Source: the human T2T-CHM13v2.0 reference genome, Homo sapiens. Taken from it: 64,000 bases of DNA. A program made the position numbers and the translations under genes. Of this stretch, positions 58,625-64,000 are shown in pieces (position 1 is the stretch's first letter; every line of letters starts with the position of its first letter). The DNA is taken from assembly GCF_009914755.1 (NCBI RefSeq), contig NC_060931.1. One strand, 5' to 3'. The notes below the pieces were generated by a model, which had not been told where the DNA came from, made no database searches, and saw nothing but the letters and a program-made list of their open reading frames with translations.

Positions 58625-58691
58625 CTCACTCTGTCTCCCAGGCTGGAGTGCACTGGTGCAATCTCGGCTCACTGCAACCTCTGCCTCCCGG
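58625..58691 (-). mobile_element. Isolated Alu right-arm fragment, no tail or TSD
   Basis: ctcactctgtctcccaggctggagtgc...ctgcctcccgg. Confidence 0.85.
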
Positions 58692-58829
58692 TGCCATTAA
58701 TCCGGATAACTGAAGTCAGGGCCAAGCCGAGGGCGAGTGCTCCTCTACAATCATAAAAATGCAGAAAGTGCCCTGCCTGGGAGCCCGCAGAACAACTGGC
58801 TTGTAGACAAATCTTGGCAGTAAAAGCCA

Positions 58830-59226
58830 GGTGACCTTGGGCAAATTACTTCTCCTGTCTGGGCCTCTATCTCTCATCTGTACGACAAGGAGGCGACTTC
58901 ACGGCCTCCTCTTGCCCCCTCGGTTCCAACAATTTCATTATTGGAGTCGTCTTCGGAGAGAAGGATGCATGGCGTGTTTCCGGGCACCCAGTCTGATGTC
59001 GAGCCATTACGGCTGGAATGTGTCTTTGCAGAAAGCCGCTGTCCTGCATGGATGCCAGCTTTTCCCAGCAGTCATGCTGGGTGGGACAGTGGCACCAGGG
59101 GAGGCGACAGGACTGGGGCAACCTGGGGAATGAAGACTCAGTCTTTCCACGTCTGCTCCTTCTGGAGGATCTCCTGGCTTCAGGGACTTCAGGGACTTTG
59201 GCTTGAAGACAGAAATGAAATTCTCA
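58830..59226 (+). repeat. Source copy of the 397-bp duplication; begins in a MIR remnant
   Basis: gtgaccttgggcaaattactt...tcatctgta is MIR-like and sits in uninterrupted context here. Confidence 0.95.
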
Positions 59227-59284
59227 ATAATTTCAAAAAGATGAAAAATACTGTAGTCCCTCCTACACATTGCCACCCACATTC

Positions 59285-59605
59285 TTTCTTTTCTCTCTTT
59301 TTTTTTCGAGAAAGAGTCTCCCTCTGGTTCCCAGGCTGGAGTGCACTGGTGCAATCTCGGCTCACTGCAACCTCGGCTCACTGCAACCTCTGCCTCCTGG
59401 GTTCAGCAATTCTTGTGCCTCAGCCTCCTGAATAGCTGGGACTACAGGCACCGGCCACCATGCTCAGCTAATTTTTTGAATTTTTAGTAGAGACGGGGTT
59501 TTGCCATGTTTCCCAGGCTGGTCTCGAACTCCTGAGTTCAGGCAATCCTCCTGCCTCGGCCTCCCAAAGTCCTGGGATTACAGGTGTGAGCCACCACACC
59601 CAGCC
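59285..59605 (-). mobile_element. AluS with an internal 16-bp tandem duplication
   Basis: ctcggctcactgcaac twice at 59356-59387; TSD-like cacattct. Confidence 0.93.
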
Positions 59606-60029
59606 CACATTCTCTTTCTAAAACACATCTTGTTACTCCCCAGGTGTCTACTGACTGACGCGTCCCTTGGCCTGAAGTTTGCATTTTGGGCCTATAAGGA
59701 CAGACTTTGTTTTACTCGTCTTCATGTCCTCAGAACTTAGAATGGGACCTCACATGAACCCTGATGGCCGAGGCCCTGCTGTCTTGAGACTTATGTCCAG
59801 GTCCATCTTCCTTACAAATCCCTGGGCCTCAAACCAAGGGCTGAATGGAGGAAGGGAGAGGGTGGGCTGCTACTGAGTGAGCAGACTTTCTCTCTGCAGA
59901 CTTAGGCTTTCTTCTGGGTCATCCGTGGTTTAAATTAAGTTTTAATGGTTTCAACCTGGGAGTTCCCTGATGGAAGGTGTAGCAGCCAGATGCTGAGGGG
60001 CCCCTTATCCGCACTTACCAGTATCTCAT

Positions 60030-61345
60030 TTGTGGAAGCCCCTGCCCTCCACAGAACAATCAAATGTTGCTTCCATGATTATGTTATGTAAGATTAGAAG
60101 ATGTTACACATTTTGTCCTGCTGGCTGACTCTCTTGCCTCGCTCCCTTGCTGGATTTTTTTTTTTTTTTTTGAGACAGGGTCTCACTCTATCACCCAGGC
60201 TGGAGTGCAATGGCATGATCACCACTCACTGCAGCCTTGACCTCCTGTGCTCAAGCAATCCTCCAGCCTCAGCCTCCTGAGTCACTGGGACCACAGGTGC
60301 ATGTCCTGCCCAGCTAATTTTTGTATTTTTTGTAGAGACGAGGTTTTGCCATGTTGCCCAGGCTGGTCTCAAACTCCTGAGCTCAAGCAGTCTGTCGCCT
60401 CAGCCTGCCAAAGTGCTGGGATTACAGGTGTGAGCCGCCACAGCTGGCCTCTTTGCTGGCTTTAATGATACTCACTGACATATGCAGACCGCTGCACCCG
60501 GCCTCTTTGCTGGCTTTCATGGTGCACGCTGCCATATGCAGAGACCTGCAGGACAGGGAACTGCAGGTGGCCTCCAGCCAGCAACCAGCAGTGAGCTGAG
60601 ATCTCGCCCCACCTCATAAGGCACTGAATCTTGCTCTCGGCCCTGTGAGCTCAGAGGCGAAGCCTCAGTCGAGACCTCAGATGAGACTCCAGCCCTGGCC
60701 GATGCCTTGAGTGCAACCCGATGAGATACGTTGGTGCGGCAGAGGAGCCCGCTGAGTCGTGCCTGGATTCCTGATAGACAAACTGGGTCATAATATACGT
60801 GCATTGTTTTAAACTACCAGTAAGGAAGGAGACCACTACTACTCCTGCTGCCCTCCTCCCCCGACCTTGCCTAGTTCACAAGACAGGAGGAAAGAGAGAA
60901 AGCAAAAAGTTGGAAAGAAACAAAAATAAGATAAATAGCCAGACAACCTTGGCACCACCACCCGGCCCTAGGAGTTAAAAAAGTAATAATAATAACATCA
61001 ACCCCTGACCTAAACTACTTGCGTTATCTGTAAATTCCAGACATTGTATGAAAAAGCATCGCAAAACTTTCTGTTCTGTTAGCTGATGCATGTAGACCCC
61101 AGTCTCGTTTCCCATGCTAGCTCGATTTATCACGACCTTTCACGTGGACCCCTTAAAGTTTTAAGCCTTTAAAAAGGCCAAGGATTTCTTTTTTGGGGAG
61201 CTCGGCTCTTCAGACGCGAGTCTGCCGATGCTCCCGGCCGAATAGACCACTTCTTTAATCCGGTGTCTGAGGAGTTTTGGCTGCGGCTGGTCCTGCTATA
61301 CCAAGTGTGTGCTGATTTGCTCTGTACCTAAGGATAACTAGTAAA
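60030..61345 (+). mobile_element. MLT1E/F-like LTR interrupted by an AluJ (about 60155-60449, -) and LTR2B
   Basis: catgattatgtta...cccttgctgg...cagatgagactccagccctggccga...tgttttaaac...gataactagtaa. Confidence 0.7.
60821..61300 (+). mobile_element. LTR2B solo LTR (HERV-E/Harlequin group)
   Basis: taaggaaggagaccactactactcctgctgccc...gtcctgctata, close to the recalled consensus; TSD ccag / ccaa. Confidence 0.88.
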
Positions 61346-61349
61346 GAAG

Positions 61350-62970
61350 GTACCCAGAGTTAGTGACACTCAAGGTTCAGGGCACAAACTTTAAGACTGC
61401 CACGTTGGCCTAAGTCTCTGAAACCAGTCACAAGATTGGGGATATCAGGGACCACCCTCACTTCAGACCACGTGGCTAGGAATATGGGGTTCCCGTGACA
61501 ACCTTCAGGTTCAGTAATTCACTAGAAGAACTCACAGAACTCAAGAAAGTGCCGTACTTACAATCACAGTTTCATTGTCGCAAAAGGATACAAACTAGAC
61601 CCGGCCAAAGGAAGAGACGCAGAGGATGAAGTCTGGGGGCTCCCATCACCCTCTCAGCGTGGGTGTGTGATGGTGCAGAGTCTCTGCACCTGGGAGCTCA
61701 CCTGTGCTTTGAGTCCGGGGAGTTTATGGAGGCTTCATCGCCTAGGCATGGGTGATTGAATCATTGATTTTGTGGCAAACTCCCCTCCGTTTTCCCTTCT
61801 CTTCTCAGTTTGAACTGATATATTAGGCTGTTCTTGAATTGCTATAAAGAAATACCTGAGACTGGGTAATTTATTTAATTTTATTTTTTATTTTTCATTT
61901 TACTTTAAGTTCTGGGATACATGTGCAGAATGTGCAGGTTTGTTACATAGGTATACATGTGCCATGGTGGTTTGCTGCACCTATCAACTCGTCATCTAGG
62001 TTTTAAACCCTGCATACATTAGGTATTTGTCCTAATGCTCTCCCTCCCCTTGTCCCCCACCCCCCAACAGACCCCAGTGTGTGATGTTCCCCTCCCTGTG
62101 TCCATGTGTTCTCATTGTTTGACTCCCGCCTATGAGTGAGAACATGCAGTGTTTGGTTTTCTGTTCCTGTGTTAGTTTGCTGGGAATGATGGCTTCCAGC
62201 TTCATCCATGTCCCTGCAAAGGACATGAACTCATTCTTTTTTATAGCTGCATAGTATTCCATGGTGTATATGTGCCACATTTTCTTAATCCAGTCTGTCG
62301 TTGATGGGCATTTGGGTTGATTCCAAGTCTTTGCTATCGTAAATAGTGCCGCAATAAACATATGCATGCCTGTGTCTTTAATTGGCTCAAGGTTCTGCAG
62401 GCTGTACAGGAAGCATAGTGGCATCTGCTTCTGGGGAGGCCTCAGGAAGCTTTTACTCATGGTGGAGGGTGAAGCAGGAGTAGGCACTTCACATGGCTGG
62501 ATCAGGAGCGAGAGAGAGAGAGGAAGGTGTCATGCTCTTTTAAACAACCAGATTTTGTAAGAACTCACTATCATGAGGACAGCACCAAAGGGATGGGGCT
62601 AAACCATTCGTGAGAAATCCGCCTCCATGATCCAGTCACCTCCCACCAGACCCCACCTCCAACACTGGGGATTACAATTCAACATGAGATTTGGGGGGTG
62701 ACAAATATCCAAACCATGTCAGCAGATGTCACACAGCTCAAAGCACCAATCCTCGAATGATATGGCTGTTCTTTCTGGCTGGCCCCACCCTGAGTCACCC
62801 CATGGGTATAAACTGCCAGATGGTTGGAGGGGCCCACCGTGAACAGACACTCCTGTCGCTTGGGACCTTCTAGGAGTTCAGGGACTTTCTCCCAGGACCT
62901 GGGACAGAGGTCAGGCCTTTCTTTGGGTAAAGTTAATTCCTCACGAGGTAGCAGGGATGGTTTCTGGGCA
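61350..62970 (-). mobile_element. MER21-like LTR split by an MST LTR
   Basis: gtaattcactagaagaactcacagaactca...aaaggatacaaa; resumes after 62721. Confidence 0.7.
61818..62721 (-). mobile_element. MSTA/B LTR containing an L1PA 3' end (about 61875-62375, -)
   Basis: gctataaagaaatacctgagactgggtaattta ... ttaattggctcaaggttctgcaggctg...aaaccatgtca; L1 ORF2 C-terminal peptide in ORF 62032-62487. Confidence 0.88.
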
Positions 62971-64000
62971 ATGGAAAGGAGTGTTGGTTATTCGGGAAGC
63001 AGAGGATGGGTCCCGCCCTAAGGACAGGGACCTGGAGGCCAGGTTGAACACAGCTTGGGTTGAAGTTATCCTTGTGTGAGACACACTAAGGGCGGTAGAA
63101 TTTTTCATGCAGAGGATTTTCAGGAAAAAGTAGCCTAACATTTGAAAAAGGGCAAAACACGGTTTCACAACCTGTGAATATCATGTCCACCTGAAGGTCA
63201 TCTGACTCATGGGAAGGGTAATTGTGTTTCACTAGCAATTGATTGAGACCCAGGTGTTTTACAACCCTGTAAAATTAGCGGTTAACTTGCAGAAATCTGA
63301 CAAAGGGTTCTCATTTTTTTCTGACTAATAGCAAAGATAACCTCAAAGTTTATGGTTTTATTGACCTACAGGACATTTACCAGTTTCTTAATATAGAATT
63401 CAGCAAACTTACTTCCTTTTCCCTCTGCCTGTTGTTCTCTTTCCCCCTGTTGATTTCTCTTTCATTCTCGTCCTCTCTCCTGTCCGCCTTTCTCTTCGCC
63501 TCTTTCCCTTGGCTCCTCACAGCCTTTCCTGTCTCCACTTCCCGTGACTCCTTCCACAATTACGGTGGCCTGAATACTCTGTTTCCTCCCCACTGTGGGG
63601 CAAGTAGAGGCTGTGTGTTCTCAATCCCAGAAAACAGGAGGTGTATTTCAGTAGCAATATTTGATTTCCCTAAGTATAGTGAAGAATAATGCCCAATTCA
63701 AAACTGGTTCATTGAGTCCCCATGTATTACTCCCTGGCGGGGAGGGTAATAGATCTTTGTGTCCTGAACTGTTCCTGCAGCTCAGGGAAAAATAAAAGAG
63801 CAGCGAGCAATAAATTATAGGATAAATGAAAATATACACAGGACCTCTGTGATTTTGTCTGAATGCAACACTGGGTTCTAATCAATATAATGTATTTTTT
63901 AAAATAGCCCATTATAATATAATGGGGCAATAAATACTGATAAACGTGTTCCCAGTGAGTCATTCCTTTTGGAATAATGACTATTTGATTATAGAATGAT

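Overview
Primate, most likely human, non-coding DNA (intergenic or deep intronic). I cannot assign the locus. Well over half the window is interspersed repeat: about 20 Alu/FLAM copies, old and mid-age L1 fragments, L2/MIR, a MER1A DNA transposon, and many ERV/MaLR LTRs (MLT2A, MER50, two LTR8-type, MER84-like, LTR10-type, two MER4, LTR2B, MER21, THE1, MST, MLT1). One THE1D-type provirus retains both LTRs. I find no protein-coding gene, RNA gene or CRISPR array; the listed ORFs are repeat-derived or chance. I found no novel gene system. The most notable signals are insertion and repair footprints read from junctions: (1) a 397-bp local segment copied into the middle of an Alu, with microhomology, snap-back and direct-repeat junctions; (2) a ~210-bp retrocopy of an unidentified mRNA 3' end with a 15-bp target site duplication (TSD); (3) an internal L1 5'UTR/ORF1 piece with a 20-bp TSD and no poly(A); (4) a short A-tailed MER41 LTR fragment. 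There are also several smaller fold-back and tandem templated events. Repeat family names come from recalled consensus sequences, not a database search, and repeat boundaries are approximate unless a TSD is given.
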